This document shows positions 1-13,873 of a DNA stretch of 64,000 nt, piece by piece. Position 1 is the stretch's first letter. Every line of letters begins with the position of its first letter. Below the pieces are notes generated by a model that was not told where the DNA came from, ran no database searches, and saw only the letters and a program-made list of their open reading frames with translations. Both the position numbers and the translations under genes were made by a program. This DNA is from Strigamia acuminata (lineage: Eukaryota): assembly GCA_949358305.1 (NCBI GenBank), contig OX442314.1, positions 22,010,001 through 22,074,000 on the forward strand, given 5' to 3'.

Positions 1-400
1 ACACTTCTTGTATTGAAGGGGTCTTACTAAGACAAACACAGACTAGACGCACTTTTGTATTCTGCCAGGATCAGTTTCCACCAGCACATATTCACTCAAT
101 AACTTCCCTAGGGTTTGTGGCACAAAAATGAACCCAAATGGTTGTATAAATGGTTTGTTAAATGTTAACATTTGTAGGTAAAAAGAGCGGACTTTGTCCA
201 AATCTCCATGTTTATCAAGAGGACTAGGACACTAGATATCATTAAATATTGCCAAGAATACATTTATATATATATTTAGGTTGTATTTTTTCTTGATAAT
301 GTAGAATATATAGGTCTGATCCTTGAAGAATACTGTGACTTTACATAACATTATATAAATTAAATTACATCACTGGTTGACATTTTTAAGTACTTTTGTT

Positions 401-3400
401 TCAAACTATACTTTCACTGTTGGGTCTTTTTCTAATGGCACTCTTACTGTTAGCCGAGTGGTTTCGACCAATTGGCGTTGGGTCATTGCTGAACCTGATG
501 GAACGTGGATTGTTGTAGCGGAACAATTCCACTCGGGCTCTTACAAATTCCTGTTGCACTATCAGTTCGTTGATCACATAACTCTCTTGACGGATTGTTT
601 CTTTCAGCTGTTTAGATTCATCAGGTATTAGCCAGCGAAGTAATGTGATAACAAAAACAATAACATTCTGAAATAACAATAAAATGAGTTGATTTATTTC
701 CATTTTTTTTCCAATCAATCACTTACCTCGAAGACAACAACGAATGCTAATCTAGCAGCTAACACGTGCCAAAAATAATGTGTGTACGAATACTCGTGTC
801 GTGCTCCATAAGGTTTTCTATAATCCTCATACCTGCAAACGTATAAAGTGTCGGGCAAATGTAATCACTTATAAATAATTAAGGCAACGTCAGCTGCCGG
901 GAGAAAATAACAATAGACCGAGTCCCTTGTAAATTATACAGGGTGTATCAGAATTCATGTTACACAGAACTAAGGGGTATAGAGGGCGACCAGGAGATCA
1001 CATTTCCACTAATCAAAAATTCCAAAAAAAATTTCCCACTTTGTTACAACCTCAAAAACAATGGAAGATTTCAAATATCGCGTCAAATTCTCAAATAAAA
1101 AGATACAAACCTCTCATTTTAATGTTAAAGAATCAGGAAAAAAACCCAAAAATCCGGGAAAACTAAAATGAATCATTTATGTAAAATATTAATTTCCTTA
1201 GATTATTTACCAAGTTGTGCATTTGAACATGTCGAGCATTTCTTGTAATAAACTTCTGCTGTTGGCTACCGATTGTGTCTTTTTATTTGAAAATTACGCT
1301 TTAACCTGGCAAATGTGGGCGATATGCGTGACGCCCGATATTTGAAATCTTACATTGTTTTTGGGTTGTAACAAAATGAGAATTTTTTTTTGGAATTATT
1401 GATTAGTGGAAACGTGATCTCCTGGTCCCTCTCTATACCCCCTATTTCTGTGTAACATGAATTCTGATACACCCTGTATATGTCAATCGAAGCATTTTCT
1501 CCTGTCAATAGACGTTTCCAAAGGTTAACTAACCGGCAAACTTCAACTCCAATATTTTCTGGATCGCGCGGTCTATCATGTTTCGTAAAGTTGTTAACAA
1601 GAAAATACGACAAACTGTGATTCACAAATCCGTGCAAGGTTCCATTTTCATTTTGGAAATTCATATAAACCATTCGAGGGATAAAGTTTGACGTGAAGGC
1701 AATTATAAATGCCTGCGTCACATTGAATGAGTTTTGAGTATTAAGTTATACGCAATGACTTATCTTATTAACTTACGTTTGTAATGACAGCCAATTTCCC
1801 AATGCTGTCGAGTATTCTATACCAAACGCCTTGATTGAAAACATTGAAAGAAATGTTTACAACGTATGCACATGTTATTTCAATATTAAAATCTACTTAC
1901 CAATGTTTTTTACTCTCCGTCCGATAGGTCTTTGGTAGTAAGTTAAAATTTTTTTGGCATCTAGTCTCATTTCGAACATATTATTCAAAAGTGCAAACAA
2001 AGGGGCTAACGGAAATGCTGCAACAAATATCGTTACAAATCCAAACTGCAAAACTGCAAAAATTAAAAATGAAGTAGGTAAGAATAGATTTTATTCGAGG
2101 GCGGATCCAGGGCCAAAATACATTCAATATTTTGTGAAAACTGAACCAAAATGTCCAGTCCTTTTGTTTTTCTGGATCCACCGGATTTTATTGTTTTTAT
2201 GCACATTCAGCATTCACGAACCCATTTCTAAGTATTCCCCAAACAATTCTCGAGATGACCAGCTGAGTAGAGGGTAGTCTCTTTCCCAACTAGTTTTTGA
2301 CGTGGTCCCTTTGCTAGTTGTTTTACTTCTTAATTGTTTGCAAGCTCGTAGAATCACACTGTACAGAATAGGACTGATAAGTCAAAGAACAACAAATTTC
2401 ACTCGATTTCAACTTACGGTAATGACATTTCCGTAATGGTGTTCAGAGCTTGTTTACCAATCATAATGATGGATAGTTGAATAGAGAGCTCCATCAAACA
2501 CCCACCGGGTCCACACTAATCATAAAATAGATTGATAAATTTCTCATTTACTGGAAATCAGTCGAAACTGATTACTTCTTCCTGTCTGTATCTCCCAAAT
2601 ATCCTGTTGTAAGCACCTGGCCGGCCAATCGCCCTTGAGTAAAATATAAGTTCACATATAATATTTTCATTGACAATTTTACTTTACTGAATAAAACTTA
2701 CTTTCCCTTGATAAATGCAATGTAGAAAATGCTTGCATAATGATTTATAAATTGCAACAGAAACATTTTCAGTGTAAGACTGTCATCGTAATCAATTTGT
2801 GTGCGATGCAATTCTGTAGAAAAGTTCACAAAATTTTATAAAGATTAATTTCTATATATATAAGTATATAGGTACCATAATGCAAAAGGCGCCACCAAAA
2901 TACAGATCCGAATTTCACATTTATTATACATGCATTCGTAAATAGAAACAATTTAACTTTTCCCATGTCAACATATACACAATAAACATACTACAGAAAC
3001 ACACAAAATCGAACAAAATTGTTTCTCTTGCCTGCATTCACGTGTATCACATTCTAGTAATGAAACCAGTAATGGCAACGCTTTATGCTTTACTACTTTA
3101 CTATAACGGGACAACACCGAGAATGTGTTTCTATTTGTGAATGCAGTGGTCTATTATAGAACTTTTTTGATGGAGCCATAACATTAATTTCACAAAATAT
3201 TAATATGCAGGTAATAATCAAACAGACTGTATATAAATATGATATATACAACTTTCCATTAGCAAAAATCAAGCAAACAGCACTGAACATAGTAATAAGA
3301 TTGCAGAGGAATGTTAGCACTTAGCAGGCAAAAAACTGGCAAGAAATATTAGAAAATGAGAAAGTAATTGATCATATTGCAATAAATTGAATCGTTCCTC

Positions 3401-4009
3401 CACAATGTTACCTAATTCAGTGAGATACCCTGCTATTCTGCTATACACCTGGAAACAAAAACAAAATTCTAAATTTAAATAACAAGTACAGAACTCTTAC
3501 CTAAGTTAGTTAAAAGTCTGGAAATTCTAGGATATATCTATAAAATATACCAGCAAAATTTAAACTTGCGGACAAATTAACGTAATTTAAAAAAATGGCT
3601 ATAAAAATTACGATTACCATTAAATGATTAAATAACCAGTTAATTAAATAAAAAATAGTTATATGTAACAATAATATACCTGATTCAATATCATAATACA
3701 AATTAAATTGATCATGGCTGCTGTAATAGATGTAATAAGTGGTGCATTGCGGTTGTCTACACCCGTGTTGTTTTCATCATAATATAATGCCAATGCCGTC
3801 ATCACCGACATGCGATAGAAGATCACCCCCAAGACTGCAGCACCTGCTATTGTGACCTATTGTGAACAAACCGATTAGGATCTCATTGATTTGTCATTTC
3901 TAAAAAAAAAATAATAAATACTTCACCATAAGCAATACAATAGACCATGATATAATGGTTGTAGGCAATTGCCATCTCCAAAATGGAATTCTGGGTTCGT
4001 CCTTCTATA

Positions 4010-4046
<37 letters not shown>

Positions 4047-7000
4047 TAATGTGTAGAATGAGCCGTAGTGACGCTTACAAGATCCAATTCTTTTGTCTTC
4101 TTTATTTTAGCTAGTTTGGCCAAATATTCTGGTCGTGGTTGTTGCTGTAGTAAAAATAAAACATTGATTATTTTTGAACAATTAATTGTGCGAGTTAAAC
4201 GCACTTCGTTTGGATCGAATCCAGTCAGGTCCCAACGGTGCGTTATGTTAGCCGAATATCTTTTCCACATTTCCAAAAACAAAGCACCTGCAACATATTT
4301 AATTATGAGTAAAGGGTAATTTTACTAAATGCGTTGTTTACTTACTCCAAAACGACATAAAAACAGCAAAAACTAGAGTGGCGGGATTATCAAATAAATA
4401 AGTTACTTTTGAATGGTTGCACGTTTGATTTAGTTTCCAAAAATCACACAGTTGGTCGCACACGGGACACATCGTGATATTTTTACCCAATTCGCACACT
4501 TCATGGCTGTTTAAAAAATATATATATTTAATCGTCGAGACTCAACTTATTTTATATAAACAGACCTGGGAATAAAGTCGTCCACGGTTAATATCCCGTA
4601 GAGGAAACAAATAAATCCCACAATCGAAGCAGGTATGAGCATATACGTGTAAAATCCTAACCAAGCAAAATAAAGTCCACATTTCACACCTAAATAATGC
4701 CTAAGAAATAAATAAATAAATAAATAAATAAACAGCACAAATGCCAATCAGGATGCCTGGTTGATTACTTAATCTGGTCTAGCGGCTGTTGTTTATATAT
4801 CTTGGTAAGAGAAGCCCATTCTGAATACAATAGTCCTCTGGCTGTGGGGAAATCTGTGCAATCTTTGATTCCGCCTTCGTGCAGCGGATAGCCGGCTGTG
4901 TATATTTTTTCGGAGAGTAATTTCTGGATGCCTGCATTGAAATTAAATTAATTTTTAATCAAATGCTGTACGGGTTCCTTTGAAGTGCTCACCTGTTGTT
5001 GCAAAATTAGTTTTTTTATCGAGTGAAAAACTAGATCTTTGCAAAATAAAAAACACTATTAATGCTCGTTGTGCGGCGCTGAAAAAAGCATCACGGTTTA
5101 CTGGGATATCAAACCTGAAACAATGTAGTTTACACATGAAACATGTTTGAACATCTTGATTAAGTTGCGAATAAACCTACAAATATTCCTTTTCTCTCGA
5201 GTAATGACACGTAAAGCGCTTATCCGTCGGTGGAAACTTTTCCTCGTCAAACTTAAAGCATTTAGCCATTTGGTTTCGGGCCGTCTTGGTCATTTTGTGC
5301 ATGTATGATGGCTTGAATTTTATATCGCTTTTCTACAGAATTTAAATTTTATGTTAGAAAAATTGTTTATCCAATACACAAAGCTTAAATGTTGTGTAAT
5401 GTATACAGTAGTAACACAGCCACCAGTGTAAACCAATAACCACAAATTAGTCGGTAAACAAAGTTTTGTTTACAAATCTATTTCGTTAATGTGGCAAGTT
5501 ATCGATTTTAGTACAATATTAACAGAAGGCCCATTCATAAAGTTATTTAGACTAAACAACAATTTAAACAACATATTTAAACTGTTCATCTAGATCTAAC
5601 TTCAAAAATGGTGGCCGATTTAGTGGGGATGCGCACAACATTTAAACATGACTTAAAACACAACATTAACATTAAAATGTACACAAGATTTATCGAATCC
5701 AAGTGTTATTTGGAGCAGTGAATAATTAATTACTAACCAAAATGGTCAATTTGAGAAAAGAAAAAAAGATAAAGAAATCTTACGAATAGAAGAAAATGCT
5801 CGTCTCGTTCCAGTGCATCAATATTGTATTTACTCTAAATTAAATGATAAACATGTGCAAAACAAGCAAAATAACATAAAAGTGAAATGTGCAAAACAGT
5901 AAGTTACAAAACAAAAAAAATATATCTTAACATTCCATTTAATTATATTCAATTTCTAAGTCAGCAGTGCAGAAAAGAAATCAAGTTGACATCGCGCCTG
6001 AAATACTAACCACTTTCATCGGCATTTTAAATTTCATTATCTCCGCATATCTTGTGAGCACTTCCCACGATGCGTGGATTTTAATAAACTGCACGCGTTT
6101 ATCATCCTAAAAAAATATATACAATACATAGTAAAAAAAAAAAAGTTCGTTTTTAAAATAAAATTTATAATTAAAAAATAATTATATTACCCGAAATTCA
6201 TATTCCAATTGCAAACCATCTTCCAAAAGATTCGCTTCGAAGGCTTTTCGAATTTCGTTGTTCGTCGAGTCGTCCGGAGATTCAACACGATGCGCGAGGA
6301 CGAAGTCAATTCTTCGCATCCCATCTCGGAAATAGAGATCGGGCACATTCTGCATATACACATGATCATATTTAGGCTCAGTAAGCAAAACTACACCGAC
6401 GCATAACTCTATCGTCGACATATTACAATGAAAAAGCACGTCTCCGATACAATTACACATCAATTTGTTGCGTTGCTATTAGTAGCAATTTCATATCAAT
6501 TATTTGATTCAACCGTGCGAAACGCTCAATTTGATTTGATGAAGCAATTATCCACTTACGGCCGTCACTCTGGTGGGAGTTATTGGAGTGTTGACATTGG
6601 TTTCTTCCGCAATCCCTTGCAGGACTTCGTGGGTGGATAGAGGGAGGTTCTCCGCATTGACAGAACCCCTAGGATCCATTTTGGCAAAATCCTGCAGATC
6701 CAATGCACTTTGGTACAAACTCATTTCTGAGGCTGCATGTGAGAGTTGAAAACAATTTTATTAAAATTATGACGCTCACTTCTTCTATGTCTCTCTCTGT
6801 TTTTTAATTAAGCAAAGTGCCATGCTCAGTGGTGGTGGTGCCACGTGCAAGCATGCAATCATTAACGTTACACAGATACTGCAGGTTACCACTTGCATTT
6901 AGAGTTAGTATTGTTAATGGTAATTGTTTAGAGTCTCTTTATGGCGTGTTGTTTTCTTATTGAATAATGGATTAAATACAGATGTTTCGTTTTGATAAAC

Positions 7001-7641
7001 AAGTCTTTCCAATGAGTCATAGCACTAAATTGTATAGGAATAAACTGGTGTTATTAATGAATAATTAATAAACTACAAAGAGATAAAAATAAATGCACGA
7101 AGCAAAACAAGAAACTTGACACGGATTCCACGAAATTTCAGTTGTTTGTTTTGGCTAACGTTGTTATTACGTCCAAATTTCTAAGAAAAAATTGACATTT
7201 TATGCTGTATAAAAAAACTTAAGTCTTGCGTGTCGACAGCCAAGAATCAATTTATTCTTGGAGTGTTTTTCATGTGGAATTCCAATAAAACAAAAACTAA
7301 AGCCCCATGGAAACATAATTCTAAAAATTGTCAGTTTATTCCTATTTATTGACTTTTGTCGAAATAAAATCGTGGTCCGGAGTTTTACCAGTGCTGAAAG
7401 ACGATCCGAAATCATATTCTTGATGAGGTAAGTTAGAAAAGCGTAAGCTTGAAGATTGTTTGGGTTTAGTAGGGAATCCGTTGAGGGAATGTCTTAGACT
7501 TTCAGTTCTTGTGGTTGTCGATGAGTCAATGTTGCTACTGACGTCATTTCTTTCATTGCTCGAATCGCTCGGCAAATTATCTTCGCTCTCGTCATCATCA
7601 TTATCATCCGTACTTGTACTCTCCTTCTGATCATCCTCCAT
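401..7641 (-). CDS. Anoctamin / TMEM16 family Ca2+-activated chloride channel or scramblase (multi-exon gene span)
   Basis: GT-AG-bounded exons on the - strand translate to anoctamin motifs: [55 protein letters not shown]...[41 protein letters not shown]. The first coding exon 7641-7389 (MEDDQ..., donor G|GTAAAA) splices in phase to 6732-6560. The last exon ends at the stop at 401. Confidence 0.93.
937..1478. mobile_element. Tc1/mariner-type MITE in an anoctamin intron
   Basis: TA|CAGGGTGTATCAGAATTCATGTTACACAGAA ... TTCTGTGTAACATGAATTCTGATACACCCTG|TA. Imperfect inverted repeats extend about 140 bp; TA TSD. Confidence 0.9.
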
Positions 7642-10267
7642 GATTAACCTTTAAAAAGCCCTAATTTATGAAAAAAACAATTACGATCACGTCAAGTTAA
7701 TGTCGATTTATAGTTGTCGTAGAAACTTGCTATTACAGGAAACATGATGCAATCTCTAATCGACTTTTGACAGGAAATCGAGTCACACTTGTACAAAATA
7801 ACATAACATTTCATTACATTTATGGCAAAACAAGATGTCATAATTGAAGAATGGCCATGACATGCTTTCTAAATTCTAAATTCTAAATCGTAAAAATAAA
7901 ATAACAAAATTTACACTCGTGGTGTGTGCTCTATCGCTTGATTTGTATTGGAAATCGTTAAATAACAACAAACGTTTTACTGACCCAAATGCACAATTTT
8001 TCTCTGCATTTTATCTTTAATAATATTCTTTTATTTTTTTCTTATCAGTGTTTACGTAAGAAAAGGAAGAGGAAAAACATACTAAGGTTGAGTTGAGTGA
8101 TCAAATTCGCGTGTGGGCAGTGAATACAGCAATTGCCAACTGATTTTTTGGTCGAGTGAATGCAAAAAGCATGTTAAATGTTAGGCTTGTGAATCAAAGC
8201 AATGGCAGAGCACAGTGTTGCAGTAAGTTAGTAGTTTGTGACCGTTTCAGCGCACGATTCAGTTCCAAGCAGATTTTGTGAGTGTGACACGAATTTCATA
8301 ATTTCTTACCTGATTTGAGTGATTTTGTTGCGGTGGTTTTTGGGATTTTAGTCGTATTTGTTCGGTGGTTTTGGTGGATGGCGTTGGAATTTGTGAATTA
8401 ATTTTATCTTTGGTTCCATGCTAAAACGGGTTCTTTGGTTTCTGTCAGCATTTTGCTTTGCGGGCCGCTCAATACTCCTGCTGGCCTCGTTCCAAGTGTT
8501 ATTTCCCGTGATGCTGCTCGGTGGAACCGGGTACCGTGGAAGCGGACATAAAATGAGGGGTGATGGGGTAGAGAGGCATGATGGGGGATTCAGAATGGAA
8601 ATTATTTTTTTTTCCGAAATAAAAATTATTTTTGATTTTATGTTGTGGAGGATGGAAATATCAAGTGTCTGATATCTTTTGATTTTATCGGTTATATCGA
8701 ATTAATTACCGAGAGATAAAAAAAAAATTGTTTATTTTTATTTATTTTTATTTTTAAATAAAGTAATATGGCGGTCGGTTGTTGTTTTTTGTTTTTCCAT
8801 CTTTAAAATATAATTCATAGTAATTTAAATTATTTAAAAAAAAGAATTTCACATGAAAGAAGAGAAATGGAAATAGGCATCTCGGAAAACGTGAATCAAC
8901 AAATTAATTTTTTTACATCTTTTCCCACAACGCACATTTATTCTTGCATCTCTTGCGCAACACGTGTGCGCAAATCTTCAGAGCTTGAGTTTAGTCCATA
9001 AACGAAGCACACATGCAACTATTCTCCATATACTTAACCTCAGATGGTGGCGAAAAGTCAAACTAATTTTCGGATTGTCACTTTCCACCATCTCCGTCAT
9101 CAGCACACCTGACTTGCCTATTCGGATATTTGATGATTTGATCTCAAGTTTGAATTTGATAGGTGAGCTTGAAGGTCACATTGAATGAGAAAACCTACAG
9201 CACTTTTACACCATAAATTAGTTGAGTAATGAATGCAAATGCTATATTTAAATGCATGGGTAGACAAAAATGCTTTTTATTCATTTAACTCCATGAAAAT
9301 TTTAGAAAGAAGCACAGATGCAAGAAATTTGATATATTTTATTTTTACTTTCATTATATTTATTGATTTAAATGGGACATAAATATAAGTTGAAAGAAAA
9401 CAGATTCATCTCCTTCTCAAAATACTTTTTGTCACCTGTTCTTTAAGCAGTTCGTTGTTTATTGTTAATCATTTGGCCTTTTGCCTACTTATAATCTCCA
9501 AAGTGTTTCGAGTGAATAGTTTCCTTATTATAGCAATGAATTAAGGTTGAAAAGAAACAAAAACCCCAAAAAAAGAAGAAAACAAAACACAACTTTAATT
9601 AATAATGAAAATATGCCAAGCACAGTATTGTGGCTGTAAAGTTCTTTGAACTCGGGTTGCAAATTCTATTTTCAGAAGTTAAAACGGTTATTTGGAGCAC
9701 AAGACAACTACACCTGCTTTTGATACGTCCTGTCATTTGAACATGTAGTTGCACTTTGCTTTTTCCCCTCTTAATGAAGCAAAAAACCTTCAAGTTGCGT
9801 CCTCGTCCAAGGTCCAAACTTGCATTTATGCTTCAGTGTTGACAATAATTAACACTAGGCGTGAAAGTGCCTAGTGTTAATTATTGGCAACATATTGCGT
9901 CAGTTTTGTAGATTTACGCGCGTAATATTCTCGCGTAATTTCTAATTTGCTATAGCCTATAAATACATTTATAATCAAGTATTTCCGGTCGTCTGCAAAC
10001 CCTGATGAATCAGCAGCAAATTTGCAAACAACGCAATAAGAATGTTTATGCTTTGTAGTTTATATTTACTAACTGTTATGTTTTGCTTGCATTTATTCTT
10101 CTGAGTAATAATAAAAATTTGTTTTTTGAAGGTTTCATCCGCCATTTTATTTATTTATTTATTTATTTATTTGCAAATTAAATATGTTCCATTATTAAAC
10201 AAAATGCTTTGTGACAAAATGCTTTTGTGCAGGAATTTATAACTGTTTATGTTGGCAGGTTGCCTAA

Positions 10268-10723
<456 letters not shown>

Positions 10724-11190
10724 AAACACAACAAAATATTTTTCTGCTTTTCTTTTTATTTGTACAATGAAGAACAACTGTGATTTACAAGTGTGGCGAG
10801 TCAATTGTGAATTTCTTGAACTGATATTATCAATCGAAAGCCAAAAGCGGAAGCAAATTGTTTTCACATCCTGTAAGAAAGGTCGCACATTGATTTTGAT
10901 TTCTTTTTTTTACTACTACGAATGAATTATTAATTTATATTTATAACTATTGACATAGAAAATCGTTGTTAGTGCAAGTTTTTAACACGAATTTATATTT
11001 ATATAAATCAATTGTATATCGAAGCTATTTACACTAATAATCTAGTTTTGCCAAAAAATTTGTAACTTTATTTAAAAACGAAAAATACATTTCTCAAATG
11101 AAATTAAATTTTCGATAAAAATAATGAATTTGTGCAAATTTCGAATGATTTCATATATTTACAGAAATATGAATTTAAAATTTAACAATT

Positions 11191-13873
11191 TTATTTCTTG
11201 ACCTTTTTCACAACATTCTGCACTTTCACTTTCCCAACTTTCCCAACTTTCACTTTCCCCCTTCGAGCAGGTAATATCCTTTTAGACCCCGGACGACCTT
11301 TCGCACCCATATAAATCTCTTCTTTTATTACATTCTGAGTCACCGACGTCTTTTTTCTCTTTTCCGAATGCTTCACATTTTTGGAAGCGGCTGGCATTTC
11401 TTTCCGTGAATTCAACTTCTTTCTGCTCTGTTCGAGTCTCTTTAATTTGGCATTAATGGCGCCTTTTTTCTCCAACGAAAACTCCACAATCGGTCTCTAT
11501 CGAATTAATCCAAAAATAAATTAATTTAAAAAAAATAAATTCAGGATAAAATATCAAACCTGAGCTTTAGAAAAAATTCTAGGGTTATTATTAGTATGCC
11601 TTAATGCTTTTAACGCTTGTTCGTGAGTGGCGAATGTTACGAAACCATAACCCTTCGATTCTCCCAAACTTTTAGTACCAATTTTCGCCCTGTTGCGTAT
11701 CACCCGAGCCTAAAATAAACAAAAAAAATTATTTAATTAACGTAAAAATCGAAGTATTTACTCTAAAACACTCACTTCCTTAACCTGGGCGTCCGCCCCC
11801 GCCGCTTTTGTATAAATTTCTCTCAAAGAATCGTCAGTTATAGTTAACGGTAAATTTCTGATACATAAACGATTATTAGCGATAAAGATATTGAGATTCT
11901 TCAGCATTTGTCCTTTCCAGGTTTCTAACTACAATTTAAAAAATAAAAATAAAAACACCATTTTTATTTTAGTATCATTTTATATTTATATTTTATACCT
12001 TTCCTCTTTTATTCATATCTACAGCCGACACGCCCTCAGCGGCCGCAGTTCCCGGCCTAATTACTAAATAGACAAACCATTAATATTAATTATCAAACAA
12101 CAAACTTAATTAAATAGAATTGAATTCTCACATCCTTCTCTCGCCAAATACAGATTTCGACTATCTTTAGGTTCTTTCTTATGAGCGTCTTCTCTTTTTT
12201 GAATCATTTCTTCACGACTCATTGCTAAGCACACGGTAATTCTTTTCCCATCCAAAACGATTCCACCATCCTAAAAAAAAAGATTTCAGATTAAAAACAC
12301 TTTCAATCAAATTATTATTAATTCCAACCTCAGATTGGTCATTAGCTTTCTCTAAACAAGCATCCGCATTATTCTTATCGTCAAATTTAACAAACGCAGT
12401 CCCTCTTGGATGTTCGGTGTCTGGATCCATGCATAAAACTGCGTAAACAACTTTTCCGAATTCTTTGAAAGCTGCTGCTAAGTCTTCTTTGGTCGTATCA
12501 AACGACAAATTCCTTAAAGTTAAAATGTAATTAAATTATGAATTTAATCTGAAATTGAAATTATTTCGTACCTTAAGAATAAAGTTTTTCCTTCATTCAC
12601 ATCGTTTGATATTTTTCTTTTCTTCGATTTAGATGGCGAACTTTCACTGTCCGATCCCATGTCGTCATCGTCATCCTCGTCATCATCTTCGTCACTGTTT
12701 TCACTTTGTGAATCTTCATCTTCCGATTCATTTTCGTCCAAACTGTCACCACTTTCGTCGTCGCCACTGTTTTCCAAATCCGCATTTTTAACGTCTACAT
12801 CGCCATCCTCATCGTCGCTGGCTTCCGAATCCTCACTTTTAGCATCTTCGTCGGTTTCCATCTCTTCGTCTTCATCGTTTTCATCTACAGTTTGTTTATA
12901 AATATTTTTGGAAAATAGTTTTTCAAATGTATAAGAAATATTACTTATTGGTTCTGCAATTTCGTCCTCTTTCGGTTTAGCTAATTGATTAGTTAAGTTG
13001 AGGTATTTATCTTTGGGAAGGGCCCAGTCAACCGCTACAGGTCGGCCTAGAATCTTCTTTGAATTCATTTCTGCCAGAGCAGTATTTGCTGACGATATTT
13101 CGACAAATTGCACAAAACCGAAACCAAACATCTTGCCATCTAGAAAAAAAAATATGAATTTAAGGTTAACATTTGTATATTATTTTTACTAAATGCTTAA
13201 ATGTGTTGTTACCTTTCTTTTTCGGTATTGAAACTTCAGTAATTTTTCCATATTTGGAAAAAATCTTTTTAATTTCAATATCTGTTGCCTGCGTAAAGAA
13301 ATATTCAAAAATTAACGTTTTTTTAAATTAATTTTTGTATTAACAAATTGCAAATTTATTTCTTACTTTGAATGATAAATTACGGATTATAAGTCTTGCA
13401 TTTTTAACCCTATTAGGGTACTTTTCACGTTCGTTTTTCGTGTCACCCGCAACATTTTTTGAATTCGCAAATTTTAGGTTAATTATTTTCCCGTCAATGG
13501 ATTTAACTTTATCAATTGCTTTTTGGGCATCAGATCTGGCAAAATAAATAAAACAAGTAATTAATAAAAATTAAATCATCAGTAAATTAAAAAATAAAAT
13601 CCCCATACTTAGATAAAAATGTGATGTAACCAAACCCCTTTGAAATTGACTTATCACCTGAAATAAAATGAAACAAAAATTACATTCGATGCTTGATCCA
13701 ACATTTTTTACAAATATACCTTTCTCGGTCACTACAAAACATTTTTTTAAAGATCCGATAGCAGAGAAAACCTCTTCTAATTTTTGTGTTGTCACATTCC
13801 GTGGTAAATTCCGCACAAACAATGTACTTGGCTCATTGCACGCCGACCAAGTATCTGCCATGATCGTTGCCAT
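11191..13873 (-). CDS. RBM28: RNA-binding protein 28 (Nop4 homolog), four RRM domains, multi-exon
   Basis: TLFVRNLP (RRM1), [10 protein letters not shown] (RRM2), [13 protein letters not shown], a long acidic tract, GKTLFLRNLSFD (RRM3), [22 protein letters not shown]4 with [16 protein letters not shown] and a basic tail; short GT-AG introns. Confidence 0.92.

Noticed and set aside
3093..3320. Mutually exclusive anoctamin exon in the 2815-3411 intron
   Set aside because: The FYNR start resembles the VYSR exon, but I found no donor giving the required length and phase.
4008..4050. Poly-isoleucine run in ORF 3923-4282
   Set aside because: It is a (TAA)n microsatellite in an anoctamin intron that the ORF caller read through.
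12659..12901. Poly-serine ORF on the + strand
   Set aside because: Antisense reading of the RBM28 acidic (Asp/Glu) tract.
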